This document shows, piece after piece, positions 10,321-20,137 of a stretch of 32,000 bases of DNA (the first letter of the stretch is position 1; every line of letters begins with the position of its first letter). The notes beneath the pieces are model-generated. The model was not told where the DNA came from, did not search any database, and saw nothing but the letters and a program-made list of their open reading frames with translations. The stretch is taken from assembly GCF_003367075.2 (NCBI RefSeq), contig NZ_CP065936.1, positions 900,001 through 932,000 of the forward strand. The letters are read 5' to 3'. A program made the position numbers and the translations under genes. This stretch comes from Cylindrospermopsis raciborskii Cr2010 (lineage in GTDB: Bacteria > Cyanobacteriota > Cyanobacteriia > Cyanobacteriales > Nostocaceae).

Positions 10321-10764
10321 CTAAACCACAAAACTTGCTTCTTCCCCAACAGCAGCTTGTCTGCTTCTAGCATCATAATAGAGGTCAGCCAAGGTAATGC
10401 TATATAGAGCTTCTCGTAACTTTTGGTTGAGTCTTTGCCACAAAGTAAATGTCACCCAATCTTCAGCTTGTGTGGATGGTGAAACTTTCACAGCCAAATC
10501 AGCGATATTTTCCCCCACCGCTTCTAAAATCTCCCCTATGGAAATTTGTTGAGGGTGTCTTGCTAATTTATAGCCACCAATACTCCCACGTAGGGAGTGA
10601 ACTAAACCAGCATGACGCATTTCTATCAATAGCTTTTCTAAATAAGCAGCAGGAATTTCTTGCCGCGAGGCGATCGCCTTCACGGAAGCAGGCCCATATT
10701 TTGGTTGTAAACTCAAATCCAGCAACGCCTTTACACTATAGTGTCCCCTGGTAGTTAATTTCAT
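10321..10764 (-). CDS. Rrf2 family transcriptional regulator (start chosen at MKLTTRGHYSV)
   Basis: MKLTTRGHYSVKALLDLSLQPKYGPASVKAIASRQEIPAAYLEKLLIEMRHAGLVHSLRGSIGGYKLA. The C-terminal Cys cluster seen in IscR-type members is absent. Confidence 0.9.
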   Translation of the reverse strand: MKLTTRGHYSVKALLDLSLQPKYGPASVKAIASRQEIPAAYLEKLLIEMRHAGLVHSLRGSIGGYKLARHPQQISIGEILEAVGENIADLAVKVSPSTQAEDWVTFTLWQRLNQKLREALYSITLADLYYDARSRQAAVGEEASFVV

Positions 10765-11102
10765 CTTTATAGTTAACCCGCTCAACAAACTTTCTCCCCC
10801 ATCTTCCTCCAACCTAGGAAATATTGACAGGGGTTTAAAAAACTTAATGAATTCGATCCTGAAAATCAGTGTACAAATCAACTTATCCACCTAAAGGTAG
10901 GAGGAGGGAGAAAATTTTCTTCAAAAAAACCCCTTGACAAAATAGATGATTGTGCAACAATTTCTATTATAATTTCCATATAGTTTAACTGTAAACTAAG
11001 AGCAGGTTTGGGGAACCAATTTAGGGGCTTCCCATTGGCTCGGGTATCAGTTAAAATCAAATCGAATCAACCACTTCAGTTATCCAATTCCAGCCAAAGT
11101 TG

Positions 11103-11519
11103 ATGCCTAAGCAAAAGAAAATTGATCCTCTTGTTGGTGAAGAACTGCTCCAAAGGGTTAAGGAGCTAGGGAGCGAAACCAGGGAAGAGAAAGCTAAACA
11201 GTGTGGCTACTATACCATTACCAAGAATGGCATAGAGCGGGTGAATATAATGAAGTTCTTGAACGCCTTAATTGAGGCCGAGGGTATTCAGTTAGATGGC
11301 GCACCCGGTGCCAACGGTCGTGGTGGAAGGAGTGCCAGCTATAGAGTTAGCGTCCAGTCGAACAACAATTTACTCATAGGTTCAGCTTACACAAAACAGA
11401 TGAATCTAAAACCCGGCGATGAATTTGTCATCACCTTAGGTAAAAAGCATATTCGACTGCGACAAGTAGAGCCAGAAGAAAGAGAAGATGATGATCAGCT
11501 GGAAGAAGTAACAGCCTAA
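11103..11519 (+). CDS. Cyanobacterial AbrB-like (cyAbrB) transcriptional regulator
   Basis: MPKQKKIDPLVGEELLQRVKELGSETREEKAKQCGYYTITKNGIERVNIMKFLNALIEAEGIQLDG...SAYTKQMNLKPGDEFVITLGKKHIRL. Confidence 0.9.
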   Translation: MPKQKKIDPLVGEELLQRVKELGSETREEKAKQCGYYTITKNGIERVNIMKFLNALIEAEGIQLDGAPGANGRGGRSASYRVSVQSNNNLLIGSAYTKQMNLKPGDEFVITLGKKHIRLRQVEPEEREDDDQLEEVTA

Positions 11520-11538
11520 TTATCGAAAATTTCCGAAT

Positions 11539-11560
11539 CCCCGTCTTTTTAAAGCGGGGA
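11539..11560. terminator. Possible terminator between convergent cyAbrB and ClC genes
   Basis: ccccgtctttttaaagcgggg forms a hairpin (CCCCG/CGGGG plus CTTT/AAAG, one bulge), followed by gagtttt. Confidence 0.4.
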
Positions 11561-11572
11561 GTTTTCATTACT

Positions 11573-13453
11573 TCAGCAGTCTTTAGATAAATAAGGCTCT
11601 ACTACTTTGCGAGTAGTTGCTAAATTACAGGTTAAAGCAATTTCCTTTTGTTCTAACAAACCCACAATACAATCAGGATTATGCCTGTCTAATACCGGTA
11701 ATTGCTGCAGTCCTCTGAGTGCCATACGGTCTAAAGCCTCAGACAAAGGTTCATCTTGCCAAGCATAAAGGATATCGGTGGTACAAATATCGAGAATGGT
11801 TTGACCAAAAAAATCGGGTTTTAGTTGGTCAGAGGGAGTTTGGTAGTTTTCCCAGCGAGAAAGGGTGCGATTAATATCATCCAAAGAGACAATACCCACC
11901 AATTTTTCATTAGCATCAATCACTAGGGCGCTAGGAACATGATCGTGGATCATTTCCAAAGCTGCTTCTAGCACGCTAAGATTGGCAGGGATTTTTTTGG
12001 GGTGGAAATGGATGGCCTCAGCAACAGAAATGGTTTGAATCACTTCCAATTTGTGATCTTTTAATTCCGCAAGACCAATTTGTTGTAGGTTCACATTGGA
12101 ACTAACAGTAGGTTTAATCAATTCCATGAGCCATATACTTAAACCCACTGCTGCCATTAAAGGCAAAACAATACGGTAGTCACGGGTCAGTTCAAATAAC
12201 ATTAATATAGCAGTTAAAGGAGCTCGAACACTGGCAGCCAAAACAGCAGCCATACCAACCATGGCATAAGCGGGGGGTGCAGCCATATACTCAGCTACAC
12301 TTGGGAATATCAAGGACAGGAACTTTCCGTATGCAGAACCCAGGGATGCGCCTAAAAACATTGCTGGGGCAAAAAGTCCCCCTACAAAACCACTGGCCGA
12401 ACTAATTGCCGTTGCTAATAGTTTTAACAACATTAAAGCCAGCAAGAGATACAAAGAAAATTCCCGGTCTTGTAAAATAGCTTCCACGGTTCCATAACCA
12501 ATACCCAAAATTTGGGGATACTTTAAAGCTACCAAACCAACCAGAAAACCACCGATAACTGGTTGTATAGGTTTGGGAATCTTACCTAAAAATGCCAGAC
12601 CCTTAAATTTGCCATTAAACAAGTTTTGGGCCATGCTAATAGATTGTTTATAAGTAAGAGCTACCACACTAGCTCCCAAACCTAAACCCAGATATAGGGG
12701 TAACTCCAAAAGACTACGAACCTCGTATGCAGGTAAAGTAAAAGCCGGTTGACCGCCCAAACCAATTTGGGCGATTAAGGCTGCCACCACTGCTGCTAGT
12801 AAAACTATACTAACTGCCGAAGTAGCAAAAGAGGTAGCGCCCAAAACCACTTCCAAGGCAAAAAACACCCCAGCAATGGGAGCATTAAACCCAGCGGCTA
12901 AACCAGCAGCAGCGCCTGCTCCTATTAACAGTCTTTGTCGTTCTTGAGAAACTTGTAAGACATCTGAGAATAAAACCCCAAAATTTGCCCCAATTTCCAC
13001 ACTCGGACCCTCTGGACCTAGGGAAGCACCACTACCCAAAGAAACACCAGCAGCTATCATTTTGGTAACGGGACGAAGTTTTTGCTTAACTTCCTTCCCT
13101 TGGGAAACAGCAATTAAAGACAAAAGCCCAGGACCAAAATCCTGAGTGCGCCAACGCATTAAACCAACAACTATGCCACCCAAGGTAGGAACACAAGCTA
13201 AAGTCCAAGCTCCCCACCTTCCTATGGATGCCATTAGGTTTTCTAACATTAAGTCGTGAACAAATTCAATTAGATAGTGAAAGGTTACTACACCCATACC
13301 TGTACCACTACCGATAAGTATAGCTAGAAATAATACCACCGTTTCCTGGGATGGCTCGAAACGGCGAATCAGATTAGTTAAGAAAGTGGAAATATGAGGA
13401 AAGGTAGTCGGTTGAAATACCTTATGCATTTGTGTGGGGGGCAATAAGCTCAT
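11573..13453 (-). CDS. ClC family chloride channel/antiporter with C-terminal CBS domains
   Basis: GAGVSLGSGASLGPEGPSVEIGANFG, AGFNAPIAGVFFALEVV, GGLFAPAMFLGASLG, plus CBS-like VPSALVIDANEKLVGIVSLDDINRTL and GLQQLPVLDRHNPDCIVGLLEQKEI. Confidence 0.94.
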   Translation of the reverse strand: MSLLPPTQMHKVFQPTTFPHISTFLTNLIRRFEPSQETVVLFLAILIGSGTGMGVVTFHYLIEFVHDLMLENLMASIGRWGAWTLACVPTLGGIVVGLMRWRTQDFGPGLLSLIAVSQGKEVKQKLRPVTKMIAAGVSLGSGASLGPEGPSVEIGANFGVLFSDVLQVSQERQRLLIGAGAAAGLAAGFNAPIAGVFFALEVVLGATSFATSAVSIVLLAAVVAALIAQIGLGGQPAFTLPAYEVRSLLELPLYLGLGLGASVVALTYKQSISMAQNLFNGKFKGLAFLGKIPKPIQPVIGGFLVGLVALKYPQILGIGYGTVEAILQDREFSLYLLLALMLLKLLATAISSASGFVGGLFAPAMFLGASLGSAYGKFLSLIFPSVAEYMAAPPAYAMVGMAAVLAASVRAPLTAILMLFELTRDYRIVLPLMAAVGLSIWLMELIKPTVSSNVNLQQIGLAELKDHKLEVIQTISVAEAIHFHPKKIPANLSVLEAALEMIHDHVPSALVIDANEKLVGIVSLDDINRTLSRWENYQTPSDQLKPDFFGQTILDICTTDILYAWQDEPLSEALDRMALRGLQQLPVLDRHNPDCIVGLLEQKEIALTCNLATTRKVVEPYLSKDC

Positions 13454-13599
13454 GGAAAACCAGTAAATATAACGAAAAATTTAATTTTTATCTGTTAGTC
13501 TTTATTGTGAGGCATAATTTACCTAGTAAACAACTATTGGAAGAGAAACTGTGACTAAATTCCCAGTTGTCTATTCCATTGACTGGGCAAATTCCATAA

Positions 13600-13959
13600 A
13601 TGAACATAAACATTTCTGATAGTAATCATCTAAGCTGCCCGATTTGCCGGGGGAGTAACACAAGAAAATCCTTTGGGACGTACATGGGACTTTTCACCTG
13701 TCCGTTCTGTCACGAAAGGCTAGTAGTTTGCAAAAGTGGTCACTATGTGCGTGACCCCTTTAGCTGGCGGAAAATTGTTTTGGGTTCGGCATTGCGCCGT
13801 CAAAGTCAACCCTTATCGAGATTGGTACGCGACTTGTTTTCCCTCAGGCGATACTTGCTCCTAGTGGGAGTGGGAATTAGCGTGATATTGACGACAATGG
13901 TAATCACTGAACAAAACACTAGTTATAAACAGTACCCTAATCAATTACGTCACCTTTGA
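13600..13959 (+). CDS. Small zinc-ribbon protein with one C-terminal transmembrane segment, unknown function
   Basis: CPICRGSNTRKSFGTYMGLFTCPFCHERLVV (two CxxC pairs), then hydrophobic YLLLVGVGISVILTTMVI. Confidence 0.6.
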   Translation: MNINISDSNHLSCPICRGSNTRKSFGTYMGLFTCPFCHERLVVCKSGHYVRDPFSWRKIVLGSALRRQSQPLSRLVRDLFSLRRYLLLVGVGISVILTTMVITEQNTSYKQYPNQLRHL

Positions 13960-13992
13960 TAGATGGGATTGGGAATTTAGTATTTTTTTGGC

Positions 13993-15321
13993 TTACCATA
14001 TCCAGTGGTGAGAGCGAACTAGCAGAAGTAGGGAAATGTAACTTCCCCAGACCAGAATGGGCAAAAATTGCCGGTCTTGTTTTTGTGCTAGGATTGCGGC
14101 TAAAATCATGGTTATGGCCGCAGTTCCCAGGACTACCTGTAGTTCAGTTGTTCCAGGAATTGTTAACCCCAGATAAATACTAGCTCCAGAGGCCACCAGA
14201 GACAAAATGGCAAAACTGATCACCCAAATCCGAGGGTAGGAAAAAAATGAAGTCCAGTCTTCAATTGTTGTCAAGTAGAATCCCAAGGCCAATGCCAAAC
14301 TGGGATACACAGGAAATAAGTACCAAGTCAGTTTAAATTTGACTAAGGATATCATCAGTAAATAGACTCCACCCCAGACCATAGTCAATTTTGCCCAGCT
14401 AAAATTGCGGTTTTCCCAAGTAGCTCTAATGGTTTGCGGTAAAAACACCAGCCACGGCCAAGTCCATTTTATCAACTCCACACAATAGTACCAGGGAGGT
14501 TGGGTTTGATTTCCCCAGTCCCCTGACCAGTGGTTGTGTTCTACTAGTTGACAAATGTACCAGGTTAGGGAGGGTAATAAACCAATAAAAATTCCTAGCC
14601 ATAAATAGGAACTAATCAGGATTCTTGGTGTGTCCCAAAATAGAAACACCATTACCATTATAAAGGTTAATAATATTGCTAATAGTCCCTTAGTCAGGCA
14701 AATCATTCCCAAACAGATTCCTATACCCAAACAGTAGCGCAAATCTCGGCGCGATCTCAAAACGGACAAAATTAGAACCATTAACATGGTGGTAAATATA
14801 CCATCTGATATAGCTAACCTGCCATAGCAAACCACTGGTAAAATAGTAAGATAAATAAATGAACTATAAATAGCAATAGCCCGAATCCGAAAAGTCTCTC
14901 TAGCAATACAGTACAATAGGGGTACGGAAAAGGAGGTAAGAATAGCTGCTGGAAGACGGGTTGTCCATTCGTTGTTACCTCCCAGAAAATACGCCAGAGC
15001 TACTAACCAGTGGATAAGATGAGGTGTAAGCACACTGTCAGAAGTAGAGTAGCCTATAGTACCTATTTGAGAAATTTTACTGGCTACTACAGAAACGGAA
15101 ATTTCCTGACTGGTAAGTGGTGCTTCACCAAGATCAATAATAAATAGTAATATTGCTGCTAGGACTAGTATGGTTAGAAATATCCTATCAGTCCGGTTAT
15201 TAACTGCACCATACTGTTGTTGTGGCCAAATCCAAATATAACTTCCTTCTTGCATATTCCATAGTAATAATTTTACTGATAATTTTGCTGACTGATCGGA
15301 TCTCCATTTGCTCTGTGTCAC
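13993..15321 (-). CDS. Glycosyltransferase family 39 / ArnT-like membrane mannosyltransferase
   Basis: FLTILVLAAILLFIIDLGEAPLTSQEISVSVVASKI...LAYFLGGNNEWTTRLPAAILTSFSVPLLYCIARETF, multi-TM; LTWYLFPVYPSLALALG. Confidence 0.8.
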   Translation of the reverse strand: MTQSKWRSDQSAKLSVKLLLWNMQEGSYIWIWPQQQYGAVNNRTDRIFLTILVLAAILLFIIDLGEAPLTSQEISVSVVASKISQIGTIGYSTSDSVLTPHLIHWLVALAYFLGGNNEWTTRLPAAILTSFSVPLLYCIARETFRIRAIAIYSSFIYLTILPVVCYGRLAISDGIFTTMLMVLILSVLRSRRDLRYCLGIGICLGMICLTKGLLAILLTFIMVMVFLFWDTPRILISSYLWLGIFIGLLPSLTWYICQLVEHNHWSGDWGNQTQPPWYYCVELIKWTWPWLVFLPQTIRATWENRNFSWAKLTMVWGGVYLLMISLVKFKLTWYLFPVYPSLALALGFYLTTIEDWTSFFSYPRIWVISFAILSLVASGASIYLGLTIPGTTELQVVLGTAAITMILAAILAQKQDRQFLPILVWGSYISLLLLVRSHHWIW

Positions 15322-15512
15322 CCTGTATTAATTGTTTGTGCTGACAAGTAATAACTAGATCTAAAAATAGCGCAGTTTTCAGCAGAAAATAATAATTTTT
15401 TGAACAAAACTTTTCTTAGTTATTTTTTAAACAATTTAACATTTTTTGCGTCAATTAAATGTTATAAGTGACACAAAACCAACTTGACCAGTCTGTTATA
15501 AGGAGTTTACCA

Positions 15513-17024
15513 ATGAACCTACCTGTTGTTTTGGATATAGCCCTAGGATTAGTTTTCACCTACCTAATTTTAAGTTTGTTAGCCTCGGAGATTCAAGAGC
15601 TAATTGCTACTGTTTTGCAATGGCGAGCGGTACATCTGAAAAAATCTATTGAGATATTCTTAGCAGGGGATGTAAAGAATTCAGATACTAAGGATGTACT
15701 GGACCTGGTGAATAGGATTTATAATAATCCTATCATTAGGAGCATTAACCAGGAAACAAAGGGATTTTTATCAACCTTACCCAGAAAAATGACCTGGAAG
15801 GTAGCTGACATAGTTCGTTCAGTCAAAAATTTGGTTTCTAGATCATCACCGGAAAACAAAATTTTTGCCAATCAAAATAGTGGACCTTCCTATATCTCTA
15901 GTGACAGTTTTGTTTCTGGTTTATTAGAGGAGTTAAAAGTGCCTAAAATCATTCATGCTCTTGCAGAAGTGAGGTTAGAAAATTTTAAAATTCAACATTT
16001 GCGAGAAATTAAACTAATTTTAACCAGGTCTTTAAGACAAATAGCAGCTAGTGAGTTATCAACTAATGTTACTCATGATATTAATGATGATTTTGTGAAT
16101 CTAGACTCTGAATATAGGCAAATTGTGGATGACTTTAAAAATCAAAGATTTGATGTAGATACTAGTGTGAATCGGATGCAGGATAGTTTAAGCAAATATA
16201 TCAACAATTTTCAAGCTAATATTGAAAATAATCATCCAGCGTTAATGGAAACACACAAGCGGTTGCAAACTTTACAAAATCATATTTTTCCTAGTCTTGA
16301 GAAAGCAATTACTGTTGCGGGTCTCAAGCCCAGTATTAGTGAAATTATCCAATTAATGGAAACTGGTAAAGCTGGATATAATGAAATTCAAAGTAGTTTA
16401 CAACAGAGAGATAGTGAAAAATATGCCACCATTAGAGATTTGATTGATAGCTTACCACCGGGAATGAAGCATAACATTGCGACCATGGCCAAGCGAGCCC
16501 AGTATAAAGCCAAAACTACAGAGGAGGGGATACGGGTATTAAGACAAGAAATAGAAAATTCTTTTGATAGTTCCATGCAAAGAGCTGGAGGTGTTTATAA
16601 ACGTAATGCCAAAGGGGTGGCAATTTTAATTGGTATTGTTATAGCTTTTGGTGCTAACGCGGATACATTTTACATTATTGATCGGTTATCGAAGGATACA
16701 GCGTTGAGGGAAGCAATTGTTTATAAAGCTCAACAGACCATAGATCAGCAAGTGCTGGATCCTAACTTGAAAAATATTGACACCAATCAGATATTAGAGG
16801 ATATTAGTTTACCCATTGGTTGGAGTGAAAAAAACTTAGCTGAGCAACTGGGGACTAATCCGATCAAAATTAATGGTGTCTCGGTTGTAAGTTCTAATAT
16901 GATAATGGGTTGGCTAGTCAGTGGTTTTGCCATTGCTATGGGTGCGCCTTTTTGGTTTGACTTACTAGGTAAAGTTATGAATGTGAGAAATACGGGTAAA
17001 GGGAACAAGGGAACGGGGAATTAG
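15513..17024 (+). CDS. Large membrane protein of unknown function with N- and C-terminal TM segments and a ~350-aa soluble coiled-coil-rich middle (ORF opens at 15468)
   Basis: MNLPVVLDIALGLVFTYLILSLLASEIQELIATVLQWRAVHLKKSIEIFL at the N-terminus; GVAILIGIVIAFGANADTFYIIDRLSKDT and MGWLVSGFAIAMGAPFWFDLLGKVM at the C-terminus. Confidence 0.8.
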   Translation: MNLPVVLDIALGLVFTYLILSLLASEIQELIATVLQWRAVHLKKSIEIFLAGDVKNSDTKDVLDLVNRIYNNPIIRSINQETKGFLSTLPRKMTWKVADIVRSVKNLVSRSSPENKIFANQNSGPSYISSDSFVSGLLEELKVPKIIHALAEVRLENFKIQHLREIKLILTRSLRQIAASELSTNVTHDINDDFVNLDSEYRQIVDDFKNQRFDVDTSVNRMQDSLSKYINNFQANIENNHPALMETHKRLQTLQNHIFPSLEKAITVAGLKPSISEIIQLMETGKAGYNEIQSSLQQRDSEKYATIRDLIDSLPPGMKHNIATMAKRAQYKAKTTEEGIRVLRQEIENSFDSSMQRAGGVYKRNAKGVAILIGIVIAFGANADTFYIIDRLSKDTALREAIVYKAQQTIDQQVLDPNLKNIDTNQILEDISLPIGWSEKNLAEQLGTNPIKINGVSVVSSNMIMGWLVSGFAIAMGAPFWFDLLGKVMNVRNTGKGNKGTGN

Positions 17025-17034
17025 GGAGTAGTTT

Positions 17035-18321
17035 TTAAAAACTGAAGATGATTTGTAAATTCCAATTTTCACCTTGACGAATAATCTCTATTTGACGAAT
17101 AAATTCTCGGAGGTAAAAACGCCTTTCTACCTCCGATAAGTCCATCCAGAACTGTGGAATGGAGACAGCTTGTGCAACGGAGGACAAATTCACGGGAGGG
17201 AGAATAGCCAACTGAGACTCCAGTTGAGAAATTTCTGTCTGGAGTTTATAACGCCTTAATTTTGCTGTTTCTTGATCTAGCACTCCCGTTTCTATTAAGA
17301 CGGGTAACTGGTCAAGAATTTCTTGTTGACTTACAATTTGAGCAGTTAACTTTTTTTTCATATTATCTAATTGGGTAAAATTTACTTGGGCAACAGCTGT
17401 AGGTAAATTTTGACAAATAGTTTCAATGGTTCTGGTTAGAACCTGTTGATAAGAAATAGAATGACATTTAGGATTTTGGGGACACTTGGTGTTTCGCAAA
17501 TATAGGTACTCTTGTGATTGGAAAGAGTGTGTAACCCGGTTAATATTCATTTTTTGTTGGCATTGATTACATAGGACTAGTCCAGCTAAGGAATAGGGCG
17601 CACTAGCTGTACGGGATGATAAACGACTATTACTGCGTAAAATTCTGTCAACTTGGGCTGATTCTTCCTTAGATATTATACCAGGATGGGTGTTAGGGAT
17701 AGTTTCTCCATTTTGATAAATAGTGTCACCACGATAAACAGGATTGGTTAACCACCGTCTACCAGTGGTAACGGAGATTTTTTTACCGTATTTTTTGGCT
17801 AGGTAACGAACTGCACCCCGTACAGAAGCATAGAGTAAAAAGTGATCAATAAATTCTTTGACTACGGGAGATGTACTGCGATCAATAATGTACTTTCCCT
17901 TACTGACCCGATAGCCATAGGGAATCTTACCAGGTGGTCGCAAGGCTTCCAGACGATTTTTGGCGTGTCCACGACGAATACGACGACTACGCTGTTGGCT
18001 TTGAATTTCCTGGGCTAAATCCAGCATAGTCAGGGGTACCTCAACATTTTCCGATATATATGGTTGTTCTATAGCAATAATTATTACTCCCATAGTTTCT
18101 AGTTGATTCAGGCGATCGCCCACTTGTTGTAGAGTATCTCCCAGTTCTTCTAAACGTCTAATGAGAAGATAGGTAGGGGAATGGCAGTCCCAGATTAACT
18201 GTTGTAATTGAGACCTTCCTCCCAGGTCATGATAAATCTTATCTACCTCCCAACCCCAAATAGAGTCATCGGGTGCAGTTTCTAAAAGTGGATCTGTATA
18301 AGCATAGGCAATGATTTTCAT
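17035..18321 (-). CDS. Serine-recombinase-family protein with degenerate catalytic domain (recombinase domain + zinc ribbon retained)
   Basis: GRSQLQQLI and YLLIRRLEELGDTLQQVGDRLNQLETMGVIIIAIEQ align with the resolvase fold. PPGKIPYGYRVSKGKYIIDRSTSPVVKEFIDHFL...TGRRWLTNPVYRGDTIYQ is the recombinase domain, and LAGLVLCNQCQQKMNIN...YLRNTKCPQNPKC is the zinc ribbon. Confidence 0.85.
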   Translation of the reverse strand: MKIIAYAYTDPLLETAPDDSIWGWEVDKIYHDLGGRSQLQQLIWDCHSPTYLLIRRLEELGDTLQQVGDRLNQLETMGVIIIAIEQPYISENVEVPLTMLDLAQEIQSQQRSRRIRRGHAKNRLEALRPPGKIPYGYRVSKGKYIIDRSTSPVVKEFIDHFLLYASVRGAVRYLAKKYGKKISVTTGRRWLTNPVYRGDTIYQNGETIPNTHPGIISKEESAQVDRILRSNSRLSSRTASAPYSLAGLVLCNQCQQKMNINRVTHSFQSQEYLYLRNTKCPQNPKCHSISYQQVLTRTIETICQNLPTAVAQVNFTQLDNMKKKLTAQIVSQQEILDQLPVLIETGVLDQETAKLRRYKLQTEISQLESQLAILPPVNLSSVAQAVSIPQFWMDLSEVERRFYLREFIRQIEIIRQGENWNLQIIFSF

Positions 18322-18382
18322 GGGAAGTTATAGAAATTATAGATTTCTACTTGATTTTACTTTAACCTTCCCAGAAAAAGTG

Positions 18383-18400
18383 CATAGTTTAAAAACTATG
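18383..18400. promoter_or_regulatory. Perfect palindrome CATAGTTT-AA-AAACTATG, candidate operator
   Basis: 8-bp perfect arms with a 2-bp spacer, in the divergent intergenic region 62 bp upstream of the 18321 start and 283 bp upstream of cmpA. Confidence 0.35.
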
Positions 18401-18683
18401 AATACAATTATTTCCATCTATTATAGATATGAATCATAAGTTAGGAACAATGATAATCATCGGGTTAAAAATATAAATTTTTTCTTATATATCCAATCCA
18501 ATATTTGTGTGGAATTTGCTGTTGACTAGTGATCTATTTTTTTTAAAAACCTGTAGACTAAATTTCATTGGTTGAGAGCAAACACTTGATCCCATCCAAG
18601 ATAACTAATTGTTCAGGGGGGTATAGGGGTCAAGCAAGGACTAGAAACCAGATATTAACAACAAGAGATAAAGAGATAAACTG

Positions 18684-20051
18684 ATGTCCGGATTATGGAG
18701 TCAAACTTCCCGACGCAAATTTCTTACCACAGCAGGAATTGCCACGGGTGCAGTATTAATTAAAGGATGTTTAGGAAACCCACCAGAAAAGGGTGCGGGG
18801 TCCAGCTCCCAAAGTCAACAAGTAGAAGCAGCAAATTTAACACCAGAGATCACACCAGAAACCCCAAAAATTAAATTAGGATATATTCCCATTGTAGAAG
18901 CTGCACCACTAATTATCGCCCAGGAATTAGGGTTCTTTAAAAGATGGGGAATGACCGAAGTTGAACTTGCCAAACAAGCATCTTGGGGTTCCATGCGAGA
19001 CAACACGGAAATTGGGTCTGCAGGAGGAGGTGTAGACGGTGGCCAATATCAAATGCCCATGCCACACTTAATCACTGAGGGGCTAATTACAAAGGGAAAC
19101 GTAAAAATACCCATGTATCTACTAGCCCAATTGAACACGCAAGGTAATGGTATTGCAATTGCTAATAAGCATGCAGGCAAGCAAGTTCATCTTGACTTAT
19201 CTAAGGGGGGAAAGGCAGTTTTTGACAAATTAAAATCAACCCCATCACCTTTTACAGCGGCATTTACTTTTGGGAAAGTTAACCAGGAATTTTGGTTGCG
19301 CTACTGGTTAGCAGCGGGAGGGGTAAATCCTGACACTGATGTGAAATTGATTCCAGTACCTACTGCTCAAACGGTAGCCAATATGAGAACTGGAACTGTG
19401 GATGCTTTCAGTACAGGAGATCCTTGGCCTTATAGAATCGTCAAAGACAAAATAGGTTTTATCTCCGCGCTTACTGCCCAAATATGGAAAAATCATCCTG
19501 AAGAATACCTTGCAATCAGAGGAGAGTGGGTAGATGCTAACCCAAAAGCCACAAAGGCGATTTTAAAAGCAGTTATGGAGGCCCAGCAGTGGTTAGATAA
19601 GTTTGAAAACAGAGAAACTGCTGCCAACATTTTAGCCCCTCTCAAATACTTTAACCTATCACCCTCCTTCCTCACAGACCCCTTCCAGGGTAACTATGAT
19701 ATGGGAGATGGTCAACAAGTTAAAGATAAATCAATGGCGGTATTATATTGGAAGGATGAAAGAGGTAGTGTTTCCTATCCATATAAGAGTCATGACCTGT
19801 GGTTTTTAACTGAAAGTATTCGTTGGGGATTCCTACCAGCAGACTATCTAGAAAAATCAGAGGATCTGATCAACAGAGTTAACAAAGAAAATATATGGCG
19901 AGAAGCTGCTAAGGAATTGGGCATACCTGATACTGATATTCCTACTAGTACGTCCCGTGGGTTAGAAAAGTTCTTTGATGGTATTACATTTGATCCATCA
20001 GATCCTCGTGGGTACTTAAAGAGCTTGAAAATCAAAAAGGTAAATATTTGA
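18684..20051 (+). CDS. cmpA: ABC transporter substrate-binding lipoprotein, bicarbonate type (CmpA; NrtA-related)
   Basis: [15 protein letters not shown] lipobox, [79 protein letters not shown]. Immediately upstream of cmpBCD and bicA, with no nirA/narB neighbour. Confidence 0.85.
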   Translation: MSGLWSQTSRRKFLTTAGIATGAVLIKGCLGNPPEKGAGSSSQSQQVEAANLTPEITPETPKIKLGYIPIVEAAPLIIAQELGFFKRWGMTEVELAKQASWGSMRDNTEIGSAGGGVDGGQYQMPMPHLITEGLITKGNVKIPMYLLAQLNTQGNGIAIANKHAGKQVHLDLSKGGKAVFDKLKSTPSPFTAAFTFGKVNQEFWLRYWLAAGGVNPDTDVKLIPVPTAQTVANMRTGTVDAFSTGDPWPYRIVKDKIGFISALTAQIWKNHPEEYLAIRGEWVDANPKATKAILKAVMEAQQWLDKFENRETAANILAPLKYFNLSPSFLTDPFQGNYDMGDGQQVKDKSMAVLYWKDERGSVSYPYKSHDLWFLTESIRWGFLPADYLEKSEDLINRVNKENIWREAAKELGIPDTDIPTSTSRGLEKFFDGITFDPSDPRGYLKSLKIKKVNI

Positions 20052-20099
20052 TTGCTTTGATCACTAGCTAAAATCTATAAACTACAAAAGGATACAAAG

Positions 20100-20137
20100 A
20101 TGACAACAGTAACCGCCAAACGTCGTAGCAATAATAA
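20100..20137 (+). pseudogene. cmpB: 5' fragment of cmpB separated from its body by the IS element
   Basis: ATG at 20100 preceded by aaaagg encodes MTTVTAKRRSNN. It then runs into the IS and stops (…KALHNRGMN*). Deleting the IS and one 9-bp repeat joins it in frame to the downstream cmpB ORF. Confidence 0.8.

Noticed and set aside
10909-10973. Promoter for cyAbrB from TTGACA (10934) and TATAAT (10968), with palindrome AGAAAATTTTCT at 10909
   Set aside because: The -35 and -10 candidates are 28 bp apart, far from the usual ~17. The AT-rich palindrome is expected often by chance. Mapping of the transcription start would be needed.
13956-14183. Plus-strand ORF 75 aa
   Set aside because: Antisense to the 3' end of the well-supported glycosyltransferase gene, with no independent support.
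17035-18321. Active developmental excision element (fdxN-like) driven by the recombinase homologue
   Set aside because: The catalytic residues look absent, no interrupted gene was found next to it, and I saw no directly repeated attachment sequences at its edges.
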